Shown here: positions 12,340 through 26,100 of the stretch, piece after piece
How the letters are laid out: the number at the start of each line of letters is the position of its first letter
Numbering within the stretch: the first letter of the stretch is position 1
Source of the DNA: Amphiscolops sp. MND2022
Lineage: Eukaryota
DNA: 64,000 nucleotides
NCBI GenBank assembly: GCA_964187785.1
Contig: OZ076409.1
Location: 85,562,001-85,626,000 of the forward strand
Reading direction: 5' to 3'
Translations under genes and position numbers: made by a program
The notes under the pieces: generated by a model
The model's database searches: none
What the model saw: only the letters and a program-made list of their open reading frames with translations
Told to the model about the DNA's origin: nothing

Positions 12340-15300
12340 AGCGGAGAGACGTGCCATATGGCCATGCCTCAATATTGCTACTTGGCGCGGGAGCAAACAA
12401 ATACAACAAATATGCAATTTTTTTCAAATAAATCAAGTTTCAACATATTGTCTGTGACAGCACTAATAGCAAGTAACTTGAATTTTGCGGTATGGGACCA
12501 AATTTTTTCTGCTGTATGAATAGGCACGAAACTATTCGTACAAGGGCCAAAAGAATAAGTAGTGCAGGATTGATTCTGTATCTACACGACAAGAGCAGAG
12601 TGGAGTCTCCGCTGGCCTAATTTTGTACGCATATTCTGCCAGTTCCACGTTGCAATTCAAAAGGAGTTTGGTGATAGTTCTTTCTAGGTGTCTGCTTATT
12701 ATTTTTGGATAGGCAATCCCTTCCAATTCAATTCGAGTGATTGACCGATCCCCTGCGGTAGTCGTGAGCGCGTTCTTGAACATTCTGTTCCATCCACTTC
12801 TCAGGTGTTCATGGTCAGTTGACACAGTGTAACAATTTGTTGCACCTGTGACTTTTTAAAAATCGTCAATGAAGTTTTTATCATTTTTTTCTGGCAATTG
12901 ACATTTCCAATACAGTTTCCACAATATGTCCTGCTGTTGAAAAAACTTGATTCCAAATTTAATAGTGATAATGTCATTTTGTGATTGCATATGCAGGGGA
13001 CCGCACAGTGTTTCTGCTTCCAACTGGTCGAATTTCGTACTTGTACCTAGGATAGTTTGAGCGTGGTGTATTGGAATCAGCTAAGTTCTTGAACGTGTTT
13101 CCTGGCCTTACAGGGGCTGCGTACAGAAGTCGAGGGAGCACTAGAGTTTTGTAAAGGTTTATGAGCATTGCTTGCGTTAGACCCCAATTTAAATATGTTC
13201 AGCTACTTAGCAACTTTCCCTTCTACCTGCTGTAGGTTTTCGTTGAAGTTCAGTTTGTTATCCATATTAAAACCCAAGATTTTCGTGTTTCTCGTGACCT
13301 TGTAGGCCTCGCTGAAAAACTTCAGGGCGTGCGTATTCTCAATGTTGAGGTAGACTATTGACGTCTTGTCACCATTGACTGCGATCCTCCTCCAATCTTT
13401 GCACCACTGTTCCAGTTGTTTGAGAATAATTTGACAATTCAGATATTTGAGTTTCAGTGTCTCCTGTCACTAGGTGGTATCTATCATCAGCGAATTTGAA
13501 TTTCTTCCAGTTGTTGTTTTTGGAGATGTCGGAAACAAAAAAAATTGGTGGAAACACACTACCTTGTGGGAGTCTATCTTTGGCGCCAAAGTATTGGTTT
13601 CTCAGATTACCGATTTCTATTCTGAGTTGTCGGTTTTTCAGAATACTTTCAATCAGTTTATTGAATTTACCTCTAACTCCGGGTTGAAAGAGTTTTTGTA
13701 GCAGTCCATCGATCCATACGGAATCGAAGGCCTTCTCGAAGTCAATGGATAGAGTGGCCACTTTTTCTACTCATTCTCAGTTCTTGACATTCCATTTTGA
13801 ACCTAAACAATGACCTTACTGTGCTCGTGTCGGACTGGATGCCTTCCTGCTCTTCGTCTTTCAGGTTGAATGTTTCGAGTAAGCTTCTCTGCCTGGCATT
13901 CAATAGTCTTTCCACAATTTTTCGATATAGCTGGAGATTGTTATCGGTCGGCATGCTGAAGATGTCGTGTAGTCTGCTTTTTCTTGCTTCCTTTGAATTA
14001 TCACTTTTGAATACTTCCACGGCTAGTGATTTTTATTCAGTGTTCTGGTTGCAATGTGCGAAGGACTTCTTTTCATCGGGGTCCTGCGGACTCGATCACT
14101 TTGAGATGGATTTTGTCGTTATCGAGAGACTTTACGAGGTTTCCAAAAAACACAGAATGTAATCCAGTTTTTCGAAGGTGAAGTCGCAGTTAAACCACCT
14201 GTCATTTTTTTAATTTTCGGGTCTTTCGGAATGTAGGGATTGTTGTAAAGTATTTTCTAAGTGTAGCTTGAATTCTTCGTTGAAGCTGAGGTTCTCCAAG
14301 TGTTTTCCAGTGAAAAAAGTTTCACGAAATATATCTGCTTTGTCTTTTCCAGAGAAGTAGAATTTGTTCTCTTTCAACAACGGGGAAACTCCAGCATCTA
14401 CCTTGTCCGTCAGAAGTTTTTTGACACGTTTCCAAACATCCTTTGAGTGACTATCATTTACTTCTTCGATGGAACCTTTTGAAGTTTTTGTTCGCTTTAT
14501 CATTCACCATATCCATATTTTGAAAAAATTGTTGAAGCTGTCTCAAAAGCTTGAGGTTGAGCTCCGAGCTCATCGGTAGTTTCTTACGGAGCTCTCGGTT
14601 TTTCGAACTGAGTCCAATACGATTTCGAAAGGCAACAGACCTTCTTCACTGGAATATGTTGTTCTGAAACAGTTCGCAACGCTACTTTCAGTAGAAACAA
14701 TGACGAATCGGCGTCCTTCGTTTCGAAATCTCTCCCTTCTGTTAGAAGGCTTTTTACACAGTCGTCGAATTCTTCCCAATTGGTGTTCTGTAGGTCTTTT
14801 TCAAGTTTGACTTCTTTTGTATCTTCTCCTTTCATGTTCAGCCATACATAAAGGTGTCCCCTCGTCGAGAATGAACAATTCTGTCACATGGTCTATCATT
14901 ATGAAGTTTGTAGTTTCAGTTAGTTTCTCTGACATAATGAAGAGGTCGATAACACTGCTCTTGTTGGTTGACACAAAAGTGGGTTGACCGCCGTTGATGA
15001 CATTTAGCATACTCGAGGAGTCGTGTAGTGCGTTCACTAGAGCTCTGCTGTGCTCATCCGTTGATTTATCTCCCCACGTTGGGTGTCTAGCAATAATGTC
15101 ACCCGCTAGCAGAAGTTCGAGGTTGTGTCTAGTGGAAAAGGTCACTGCTTCCTCGAGCTGACAGATAAAAGTTTGTAGTTTGAGTGAGCTGGTTGGTGGT
15201 ATGTAAACAGCTCCCAAAAATTTTGGTATTCTATTGATAGTGAAAATGGTCCAGGCAGAGTCAATCGAGGGCGTTGAAGATTGTCGGTGAGGGTGTGATA

Positions 15301-16300
15301 TATTTCCTGACTAAAATAGAAACTCCGTAATGTCCGGTCGTCCCACAACAACTACTGGCAGAGTAATTAACATGTGCTGCTAGTTCTAGGTGAGTCTTCG
15401 TTAAAATCACTGCATGGGGTTTCCTTGGTTCAGGTAAAAAGATAAGGAGGTTGAGCTATGAGTGCTTAACCCTGCCATATTTACTTGCACTATGCGGGCC
15501 ATTTGTTTTCAGTGAAGAGTCTCTCAATTTTGTTTTGTAGTTGATATTAGTAGGGGTACCAATTGGCTCTGAAACAGCTTCTTCGTAGTCTTCAGGTAGA
15601 CAGGGCATTCTTTTGATGCTGAAGTTGTTGTTCCAGACAATTGACACAATTGTAATTTTGTTCCGATTGGTGACAGCTATCGGTATTATGATATTCCGCG
15701 CATTTGCCACATGTTTTACCCAAATTGCAAGATGATCCTATATGGCCGAATTTCTGGCATTTGAAGCACCTGCTCACGTGAAAATCTGCTTTCTCGATGT
15801 ATTCGGTAGGTCTAAAAAACAGCTGGTTGATAAAAAGGCCGTTTGGTTATGCTGTCTCTGTTATAGTTCTTTCTTATAAGTCAACTTTGACCGTGATTTT
15901 TCTGGCCATATCAGGTGTTTTGATGAAACTTCCGATTGTGACCTTTCCAGTGTCTGTGTGGAGTTGCTCTGAGGATTTGTTCCCCCAGCGTCGCGTCGCT
16001 GATTCCAGTGCCGACTCCTCTTATTTTTAGAGCGTTTTGCCGGAATTTACCTCAGGGGTTTGTATTACTAGTATCTATACCCATGACATTTTTAAATCCG
16101 ATTTTGCATTTTATCCGCTGCTGTGTCTGCCGAATCGAATTCCAAATGGATCTTTCTTCTACTGTTCCTGAAAGCGTGGATCAGTTTTTTATTTGGGAAG
16201 TGTTTTGGCGAACGCCTTTTTGATATTTATACTGTTAGCAAGGCTGCTGTCTGAGTTTTCCACAAGTATGTGGAAAACAGAGTGCATTAAGAGCAACATT
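12340..16300 (-). mobile_element. Degraded near-full-length LINE (ORF1 with CCHC knuckles; ORF2 APE-RT-C-terminal Zn finger)
   Basis: CFKCQKFGHIGSSC..CGKCAEYH..C..CVNC (15592-15777). APE motifs LLAGDIIARHPTWG and PTF..SVIDLFI (14801-15217). RT motifs EEQEG, IDFEKAFDSVW, LPQGSV and KFADD (13369-14020). CSC...ESILHYLF (12532-12825). Many frameshifts; boundaries approximate. Confidence 0.9.
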
Positions 16301-16779
16301 TTTATCTGAAAAAAGAACAGCCCATTTTGTTTACTCAAGAGAAAAAATGCGTTACTTTCGTGTGGCTAGTTTTAATTAGATATATTTACGCACTCATTCC
16401 CAGCAATTGGATTTCACGTCAATTGCTGGAGAGCATCCAGCAGCGCGCTGGATCCAGCGTTGCTGGAAGCAGCCCTGCCAATTTTATCCACTTCGACAAA
16501 ATTTCTAAGCATTTTCATGGTATTTCCGTTAATCATTATGCCTCCAAAGTTTTCAACGACGATTGACTATGCGATCAAACTTTTTGTGAGAGAATATATA
16601 GAGATCTATTTGACGGTCTCAATCAAGCGTATCCTGAAATGAATCAATTCCCCGCTCCCAATGCCCAATTTTTGAGGATGCCATTGTAAAATCTCTTTGT
16701 AACTTTTATGAATTAATAGGCCGTAACAGCAGTGGAAATTTTGGGAAATTGAATTGGGCGTCAGATCTACCCGTTCCTC

Positions 16780-19590
16780 AAGGTCTGAAAGAATGACTTT
16801 TTTACCAAAGCGATCTTCCTTGTGATGTGGCTATCCATGCTTATCCTGGATCAACGACTGATGAAAAGGCAGGAATACTGGACTCATACGAAAACAAACA
16901 ACTACGGACAATAACTCTCCAGGATGGAACAAATAGCGTGCTAAAGCAGAGAAGTATCAATGTGAAAAATCGTTTTCAAAAACAGAAATTGTTAGTTGAG
17001 AAATTATCTACGAAATTTAGGCCGCAGAAAGATTTCATTGCGAAATTCCATCAGTAAAAAATGATCACACTGTCAATGAACGAATTCTTAGTTTCAATAA
17101 TATATTGAATAACGAATAACATGACAACCCAGCGATCGAAATAATCAGTTTACACGAACGACTATTTGCTGTTGGTAATTCAAACAATCCTTTTTTCGAC
17201 CATATATATTTCAAATATAAATATGAGTTGCCTTTGATAAAATTTTCCTCACACTGACATGTTTTGAAATACTCAAACAATGTAACTCGTGAACCACTGG
17301 TGCAAAAAAGGAATAATTTTTGGAATTATCCGAGATCATACAATTATCAGAGAAACTTCAACTGATAATTGTTCAGTGTTGATGATGAATATTCATGCAT
17401 GCAGTTTAGGTTTCTCTGTACAATGCAGCTGTTTCACCTTGCTCCACTTAGAGCCAATACTGTTAGCATAAATTCCTGGAATATTACTGAAGCCTACTCC
17501 TTGTTGAGGTCATCTTCTATTAAAAAAAGAAAATAATTTGAGTACTTTTATGAAAATCCAGAGATCTTAAAACTTGTGTTTCTTCTACTTTTGTTGTCTG
17601 GAGATAACGAGCGTAACCTGGGCCGTGTCATGGCTTACACGCAAATTCAGCGAATCATTCAGACTAAAGAAATCTGAAAAATGTACAACGGAACTTTCAA
17701 GATTTTCGAAAAAAAAACAAAATGGCCTAAAAAATTTAAGCAATGATCTTGGCCTAAACACAGTTTTTGCTATAACTGAGACATGGTTGACCGAAAGAGA
17801 TGAATTCAAAGATTGGGATATTTCTCCTAAAACTCATAAATGCTTTAGATATGATAGAAAGTGTGTAGATAAAACCAAAGACGGTGGTATTCTCTTATTT
17901 ATCCCTTGTAGATTAGAATCAAATGAATTACCGGGATTTAACTTGTGCAATGCGGAACTATTTGAATCAATATGGGTTGAACAACCCCAACTCGCCTCTC
18001 ATGTGAACAAAGTTTGATTGAATGTTTCGTATCCCAACAAGAGTAGGCAAAAACTCTGAAACTCACATTGATCATATAATAACGGAAAAATTTCGAAACT
18101 TTTGTTTCCGACATATCTTCAAAACAGACCATTTTGCTTGAATACTTTTTAGTAGTGAGGAGATGAATGATAGAAAACAAATAGAAAAAATGATTTTTGA
18201 TCAACCCAGGTTCTAGAGGGATGAACTTTGCACAACTTTAAGTTCTCTGGATTGGGGCTTAATGTATAATCAATGTAATGCTGATTCTATGTTGTACATT
18301 TTTATTTCTCTTTTAACTGGAGCTTTGAAGCAGCACGATCTTTTAAAGAATTTTTTTATCCGTACTCAATAACCCGAAAAACACCTCAAATCAGATTGGT
18401 TCGACGATGAATGTAAATGTCTTCTACTAAAAATACAATAGCTCTAAAACGTTACCAAAGCCAATTTCTGCTATAAATTGGGAAAATATTGAGAGCAGAA
18501 ATTTCGGAACTAACAGCTAAAAAGCAATCTGATTACAGCTTGAACTTATTGGAAACCTTCAAATCATCCAGAAAAACATGGAATATTATCAACCACCTGC
18601 GCAATACAAAAAGTGAAAAATCGCGAATATTGGCTCTAATGAATTCTTTCGGAGAGTTGATCACCGAAGACGAAAAGATTGAGAACTTACTGAGCTATAC
18701 TTTTCGCACCTAGGTGAATACTACGGAAAAAAATTACCAATGAATACAGAAAACAAAACTACACCTAAATTGTTTAGTTTCCGACCAGCCACCATCAAAG
18801 AAGTCTCCGATGCCGTAAATTCGTCGAAAATCAATAAACCCCTATGACCATGCTCGATACCAGCATAGGCTTATAAAGACGGAATGACTGAAGTTATACC
18901 ACATGTCACAATGGTGATAAATCAATACCTTAAAGAACAAAAATGTCTCTCAATTTTGAAGAAAGGTCTCATTAGACCTCTATAGAAAACAGATTATCCA
19001 CTAAACTATTTGAATTACAGACCCATTACAGTAACGAGGACTTTGTCAAAAATAACTGAAAAATTTTTGAATAAACAAGTCAATCAATACCTTTCATCTG
19101 ATAAACTTCTGTCTCCTCTTCAATTTGGCTTCCGCAAAAAAATATCAACACAAGATGCTCTCATTTATTTCACCGGATCAATCCGTAAACATGTGGACAT
19201 GACGATTCTCTTTAATCAGTATGTTTAGATCTTTCGAAAGCATTAGATTCCGTATCCCATCAAACTTTGATTGATAAATTGAAATTATTCGGCTCCAATG
19301 ACGATGCTCTGGAACTAAGTTTTAGCTTTTTATCACAAAGAAGCCAACAAGTTGTTATCAATATTACGGTATCTGACATCATCGGAACTTTTCAATGTGT
19401 ACCGCAAGGAACAGTACTTAGGCCATTACTTTTTAACATCTTCATAAACGATATCACAAAATACACATCGGAAAAATTCAGAACTATCAAATACGCCGAT
19501 GACTGTTTGATAGACTCAGCGAATCCAAAACTTGATTATGCATTTGAGAATATACAATACTGTCTTGAAAACCTAGAAAAATAATTTCAC
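16780..19590 (+). mobile_element. Degraded CR1/L2-group LINE, 5' part (SGNH-esterase-like ORF1, APE, RT)
   Basis: AIHAYPGST...ITLQDGTN (esterase-like ORF1). VFAITETWL and DRK..DGGILLFI (APE). NYRPIT, QFGFRK, VPQGTVL.PLLFNIFIND and KYADD (RT). Interrupted at about 19590. Confidence 0.88.
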
Positions 19591-21448
19591 AGGTTCACAG
19601 GTTCTTTTCTGATCTGTAGGCCACAGCCTCTGTCGATCAGCTCTTTCATGTGAGTCCATTTCTCACAAGGAACTCGGTGTTGAACATTTTGTGTTCCCAG
19701 TGTCTGTCTAAACTTCTTTTAAAAGCGTTTACGTTGTCACAGCGCACAACTGTTTCTGGCAATGAATTCCAATCCGCTACTGCAGCGACAGCAAAAAAGT
19801 TCTTTCTAATTGCTAGTCTCGGTTTCTTTGTCTTCAGCTGGTAAGGGTTACCTCTGGTCTCTCTTTCGTTCAATTCGAATAACCCTTCAGTCGCTTTCCT
19901 GTCGTAACATTCATTTAGTTATTTGTATACCTCAATCATTCTACCGCGCCGTCTTCTGTACTCGAGAGTTGGAATATTCAATTCTTTTAACCTGTCTTCG
20001 TAGTTAAGATTACCAATGTCGGGTACGAGTCTGGTTGCTCGCCTCTGGACACTTTCTAACATCAATATATGTTTCTTCAGATACGGTTTCCAGGACTGGT
20101 TGGCGTACTCTAGATGAGGTTTAACGAGAGTTTTGTACAGTGTTTTGAGGATTTCTGCATTAATATTCAGGAAGCACTTTTTAATGATCGCTAAAATGCT
20201 ATTAGCTGTTTTTGTTTTCTTTGAAATGTGTTCATGAAAGGAGAGTTTTGTATCGATTATAATTCCGAGGTCTCTCTCACTGTTAACCCTTGTCAAGGGT
20301 AATGTACCATCCAGGGAATACGTACTATTTGATGATGTTGTTCTTAAACTCAGTGTAAGCTGGTGACATTTTGTCAGATTGAACTCGAGATCACCGCGAT
20401 TTGACCACTTCTTCAACTTGTAAAGATCCTTTTGTAGTTCTTCCTGCTCCGCTAGGTTGGTGATTACTCTGTAAATTTTCGCGTCATCAGCGAAGTAGAA
20501 CATTTTGGATGTTACGCCATTTGACATGGAGTTGATGTAAAGAAGGAAAGGTATTGGTCCCAGGACTGACCCTTGGGGCACTCCACTTGTCACTACTGCC
20601 CACTGGGAGTGGTTCTCGTTTACTATGACTCGCTGTTTCCTTCCTGACAAAAAGGCAGTTATCCAATCGAGAGTTTTTTCTCGAATGCCATAAAACTCAA
20701 TGATTCTCAGTAGACGTTTGTGGGGGACGCTGTCAAAAGCCTTCTGGAAATCGATATAGATAATATCGACTTCATTGCCGGACTCCAATTCTGCTGTACA
20801 ATTTTCAAGTGCCCTGAGCAACTGTAAGGTTGTCGAGCGTCTGGGGACAAAGCCAAGCTGCTGGTCAGATATGATATGGTTCTGATCTAGGAAATTGATG
20901 ATGTGCCTTTTGATTATCCTCTCCATAATTTTGCAGCAGATCGCTGTTAGACTAATGGGTCTGTAGTTGTTAGGATCGTTTTTCGAACCTTTCTTGTGAA
21001 TGGCAGAAATATTGGCAAGTTTCCAGTCTCGGGGAAGTTCTCCAGACTGCCAAGATTCCGTGAGAATTCTGGTCAATATGGGAGTTATCTGCTGGCGTGT
21101 CTCGTGTATTACTCGAGGATTCAGGTTGTCTGGCCCCATTGATTTGGTAATGTTCAGTGACTCCAATTCTTTTAGAATTATCTCCTCAGTGATCACGAGA
21201 TCATCTGAGATCTGAGTTGGTCGCCAATCAACTGGATTCCAGTCCCCAGGTGATTCTTTAGTGAAGACGGAGCTGAAAAATCCCAAAGAGCCTCTGCTTT
21301 ATCAGTGTCTGTCATTGCACAACTTCCGTCTTTAAGGTTGAGGGTAGGTATTGTTTCAGTTAGTTTCAGTTTACTCTTTACATGGTTCCAGAAAACCTTC
21401 GGGTTAGACTTGACTTTGCTAGCGATTGCTTCTTCGGCAAGAATTCGG
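19591..21448 (-). mobile_element. 5'-truncated, younger CR1-type LINE inserted in the RT of the preceding LINE
   Basis: 455-aa ORF 19919-21286 with KSMGPD, NYRPISLT, YIDFQKAFDSVPH, SGVPQGSVLGP, FADDAK and LESVQRRATR. 3' part ...RGNPYQL...RKNFF...WNSLP. (GAACCTGT)n-like tail at 19586-19604. Confidence 0.95.
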
Positions 21449-22302
21449 TCGTATCAGCTAACTCTGATTGCATCTAAAACAGAATTCATACGCACACAAC
21501 ACCAAAAATCGGGAGCAGGACGTTTCGGCAGGATTGCATGAAATGGGTCGAATGAAATAGGTCGAAAAGAATTAGGTCGACCCTTTTGGTCGAATAACTT
21601 AGGTCGAATTGACTGAGGTCGAATTGGATCGAATGGAATTGGGTCGAAATCAATATGTTGTCTCCTTAAAACTTGGCATTTTTCAAGGTCAACCCGAGTC
21701 CATTCGACCCAATTCCGAAACGGTGAAGATTCGACCCATGGCACAGGAGGCCGATTCGACCCATTTCTTTCGACCCATTTCCGTTCACCCGTTTCGGCAA
21801 AGACGTTTCGGCAAAAAAATTCGAGACGTTTCGGCAATTTTTTTTGCCGAAACGTCCGCCGCCATGTTTTTTGCCGAAACGTCCTGCTCCCCCTCGGATA
21901 TGTCCCCGTTTCCTCTAGTGCCCCGCGGCCCCTTGGGGCGGCTTATATTCCCATCTTGCTAAGCGAGGTCGAACAGGAGCAAAGACCTAGCGGGAACGGA
22001 GATCGCGAAGCGATCGTAGTGGGAGCTGGTCTTTGCGACGGTGAGGGCGAGCGTGCATACATGGCATATGCCCCACATTATATCATGCGAGACGTTTCGG
22101 CAAATTTTTTTAGCCTGAGACGTTTCGGCATATTTTTTTGCCGAAACGTCCGCCGCCATGTTTTTGCCGAAACGTCCGGAATTCCAAAAATCACCGTATC
22201 CAATAGTCAACTTATAGTCGCCGGTTCCAATATAAAACTTGAGAATGAAGTAAATAACTTAGGCATTATCATCGACAACAAACTAACTTTCGAAATTCAA
22301 GT
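21449..22302 (+). mobile_element. 3' RT fragments of the + strand LINE, split by a DNA-transposon insertion
   Basis: SYQLTLIASKTEFI (from 21449) and VNNLGIIIDNKLTFEIQV (22250-22302) continue the RT after ...YCLENLEK at 19581. Confidence 0.8.
21511..22183. mobile_element. Foldback/Mutator-like non-autonomous DNA element with 9-bp TSD
   Basis: CCAAAAATC at 21502-21510 and 22184-22192. TIR GGGAGCAGGACGTTTCGGCA / TGCCGAAACGTCCTGCTCCC. Internal GGTCGAAT / ATTCGACC arrays in inverted orientation. Confidence 0.75.
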
Positions 22303-22445
22303 TTTTAGCCTGGGACGTTTCGGCATATTTTTTTTGCCGAAACGTCCGGAATCCGTTCAAAAGAGCTAATTTTAATTTCATTTTCATTACTACGCCTACT
22401 GTACCAAATAAGTTGTTTCTTTTTATAAGGTATAGTAATCAAGCG

Positions 22446-22480
<35 letters not shown>
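22446..22480. repeat. (CT)n microsatellite
   Basis: Direct reading. Confidence 0.95.
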
Positions 22481-22482
<2 letters not shown>

Positions 22483-23100
22483 AAACACCTCTGGGTGCAC
22501 CTCGAGAACAATTGTAATGAACTTGTCAGTGACAGTTGGCGGGTATCTACAGCATCTAGTGACTGGGGAGTTTCTCCCTGTTCCTGACTAATGCATTGGG
22601 AATGAAATTGGTTTTTGTTTTTGAGCCGAGAGCAGTGAATTGTTCATACCGTTGATGACATTGTTGTATCAAGTGAAGTTTTGATCAGGACGTTTTTTCA
22701 CTCTGGGAACGTTTTCAAAAACATTTTTTTTAAATCAAAGTTTTTTGTATGGCACTCATAAAGTGAGATTATTCATTGGATAAAAGCGATAGATATCCGA
22801 TATTTTTTTCGGGATTCCTGATAAATTATCAGTGATAATGATCCTAATTTTCTGGAAATTCTTCCAGCTTGAACGTTATGAACACGTAGTTTGTAACACG
22901 AGTAGACAAAGCCCACAGACAGCCATCATGGAAAGTAATGCCGGGTTTGAATAAACCTCAAGGGTTCTTGGCTGATTCATTCTAGTTGTGCTAATTCCTA
23001 GTTCGATAAATTGTAATATTTGCACGTGTTTTCAGATTGTCATGTAATTTTCAAACTACAGTTAAATTATTGACGTTCTGAGCATTGATCACATTATACC

Positions 23101-26100
23101 ATGGAAGATATTGTACCAATTACGACACTCAAGTTGCTCATTATAGGAGAAAGCAGTGTTGGTAAATCAAGGTTGGTCGATACTTTCATCATCTGTCTCA
23201 TAATTTTGGTTCCTGGAATTGCGAAGCTGTTTAAACTGGTGTAACGACATCAATGTGTTTAATGTGTTACAAGGGTGAATCTTCCAAAAAATATTCGCGC
23301 TCATTGTCTCATTGGACAAAAATTGAACGAACAGGATCCTGCTAGTTCGTTACCGGGATGTGTATCGTAATGACTATCCCTTGACGTACAATTCTTTGCT
23401 AGATTTTTTGTGGGACTGTTATTGACACTAAGGAGGCCCTATAGCTTGTCGCGTATATGACACCCTAATTTTTATTTTAGACATGACCTTACTAGCAACA
23501 TGGGTCTCTCACGTAGTTTCTTTTTCAACATGAACTGGGTTTCAGTACGCACAGTCCTTATAAAATATAGGAAGTTGACCAGTGGAGTAAAGCAGACTCT
23601 AAATGCTACCCAATCTCTACCAATTAGGACACTTGCACAATACAGACCGTCAAATTGCTAAAGTTCAAACCGAAAACTCTGAATATCAGTGCCGAAAATA
23701 TCCAAAGGGGCACAAGAAAACCTCAATGGGAATCTTTTGGTCTCGTATAACTTAAAATCAACTTGAATGCGCAAAATCAACTAAAATTCTTAAATAAAAG
23801 TGGCCTTTAGATCTCAGTCGGAAGTTGCTAAAGAATTGGACCCACAAGATGTATTCTGTGGTGTGACGACAAAAACCCTTCACGCTAACAGTCAGGCATA
23901 GTTTTTCTTTGAAGTTTTATAAAGATTGTACTGCAAAGCTATACAAGACCAAAGAGTCCCCTTGATTTTTTCGGTGTGACTTTGGATTTTTTTTCACCAG
24001 AAAAAACACCTGATTTTAGTCGGCGCTTTTGAAGAGAGGAGACTATTGTAGTCACGTTTTAACTTCGCATCGAAAAGCTCTCCATTTTTAGTCGGCGTTT
24101 TCGAAGAAAATACACGACTCTTACAGTGGCTAGTTTTTAGTCGGCGCTTTTCTTAAGAAAAGAGTCGACTATAGTCATGGCTTTTCGTCAGTGAAGACCA
24201 AAATAGACCTGAACTGACCAAAATAGTTCTACCAAAAGTTCTACAAAATTTACAGAAGACGCCAAAATGTACCTGGTGGCCCAAGGAACTGAACCAAAAA
24301 GGTTTCCCGCGTAACATACAATACCGGACGAGACCAAAGGGTCCTCCCTTTCAGTTTTTTCGGCATTGTGGGACTTTTTTCGAAAAAAAAAAAAATTTCG
24401 TAAAAGTTCCCAATTCACCAATACTTGGAAATTTGAAGTCCTTTTGCTATTTTTGAGCCTTGGATATGGCGCCGACTTGGGCCGTTCCCGGCTTGTTTTT
24501 CGTACGTTCAACGCGATCGGTCCACTTTTTCTGTTCATTCAGACTTTTTTCTGTTCAGACTTTCAAAAGGAGAACGTAGGGTTCGAGTCTCGCTGTAAAC
24601 CACAACTTTTTAAATGTTTCCAAAAGTCGAGGGTAGACCAAAGGGTTCGTTGGGTTTTTTTCGGCACTATGCGACTTTTTTCCGAAAATTTTTGAATTCT
24701 ATCAAAGGGTTTGAATTCTATCAATGAATTCTATCTACCCCCCTTGAATTTTTTGAAGTTTTCGGTATGTAAAAAACGTTTAATGAGTCTAAAGGGTCTC
24801 TTTTTGGGTTTTTCGGCATTATGTGACTTTTTTTACCAAATACTTTTTTGAAAAATTTCAATTTTTCTCAAAGGCAAATAAGTTTTTTCCAATGTTTCCA
24901 GTGCGGAAAAAAACTCTTCGATTTTCGGGGAAGCCCTTTAGGGACTTTTCTGCACTGTGTGATGAATGAAAAATTTCACAATAGGCTGAGTTTTTCCTTG
25001 AATGTTTTGAGCCTTAGATATGACGCCGATTTGGACCGTTCCCGGCTTCGTTCAATAGGTTTAGCTTCGTCAGTGGTTTCATATCGTCGTGGAGCAAGTC
25101 TAAAATCCATCTAGTATCATATTCCAAGGCTAGACAAAAGCAAAACCCCCTCAATTTATCGGCATTGCGCTATTTTTCGGAAATTTCATTTTCAAAATGT
25201 CTCCCTTCGCTTTTTTTAGTCGGCGCTTTTCTTAAGAAAAGAGCCCAACTATTACAGTCACTCGTTTTTTTTTTATTCAAGACAGACTCGAAGCGACGAA
25301 CGTTAAAATTAACGTTCAACTACTAAATACAGTACTAAACTACTGGACCGCTAAAGGCAAACGGGGAGCGCATTCATTTACTTTTTAAACGTTACCTACA
25401 AGCCCGGACGGGACTAAAGTTCCCCCCCCCTTTCGATTTTTTTTCGGCACTGTGAGACTTTTTTTCGAAATTTTTTTAATGTCCCCCCTTTGAGTTTTTT
25501 ATTATTTTGCTACAGAATGCGTGTTTATAAATCAAAAAGGGTCCCTGTGCGACATTTTCCGAAAGAAATTTTTTTTCGAAAATTTCAAGTTTTTTCCCAA
25601 AAAAAATGTTTTGCGCTTTTTGAGCCTTAGATATAGCGCCGACTTGAGACGTTCCCGTCTTGTTCGTTGTTCCCATTAAGAAAACTTTTGGTCGACCGAG
25701 TGTCCCCCTTTAATATTTTTGGTATTTGCAGCTAGGAAAACATTTTTTCACCCTAAAGGGTCCGAACTTTGGTTTTTCGGCCTGTGCCACATTTTGAACT
25801 TTTTTCCACTATTTCGGGGTTTTTCTCACTGTTTCATGTTGTGGAAAACCGTTTTTCGAGCCTGAAGGGCTCTTGCGAATTTTTCTGCACTGTGATATAT
25901 ATTTTTATTATTTCTGCGATAGCAGGAATAATATTGAAATCTGAATTATTGAACTTTTTTTCAGTTCGATTTTTGTCGTGATTACGAGTGTCTACTGAAA
26001 AATTCACATATTTTGTTCGGCAGTGAGTATAAGTGTGTTAAATTTCTCAAGCTGCCGACAACAATTCCTTTCTCCTGCGATGGAGCGAGCGAGTGATAAT

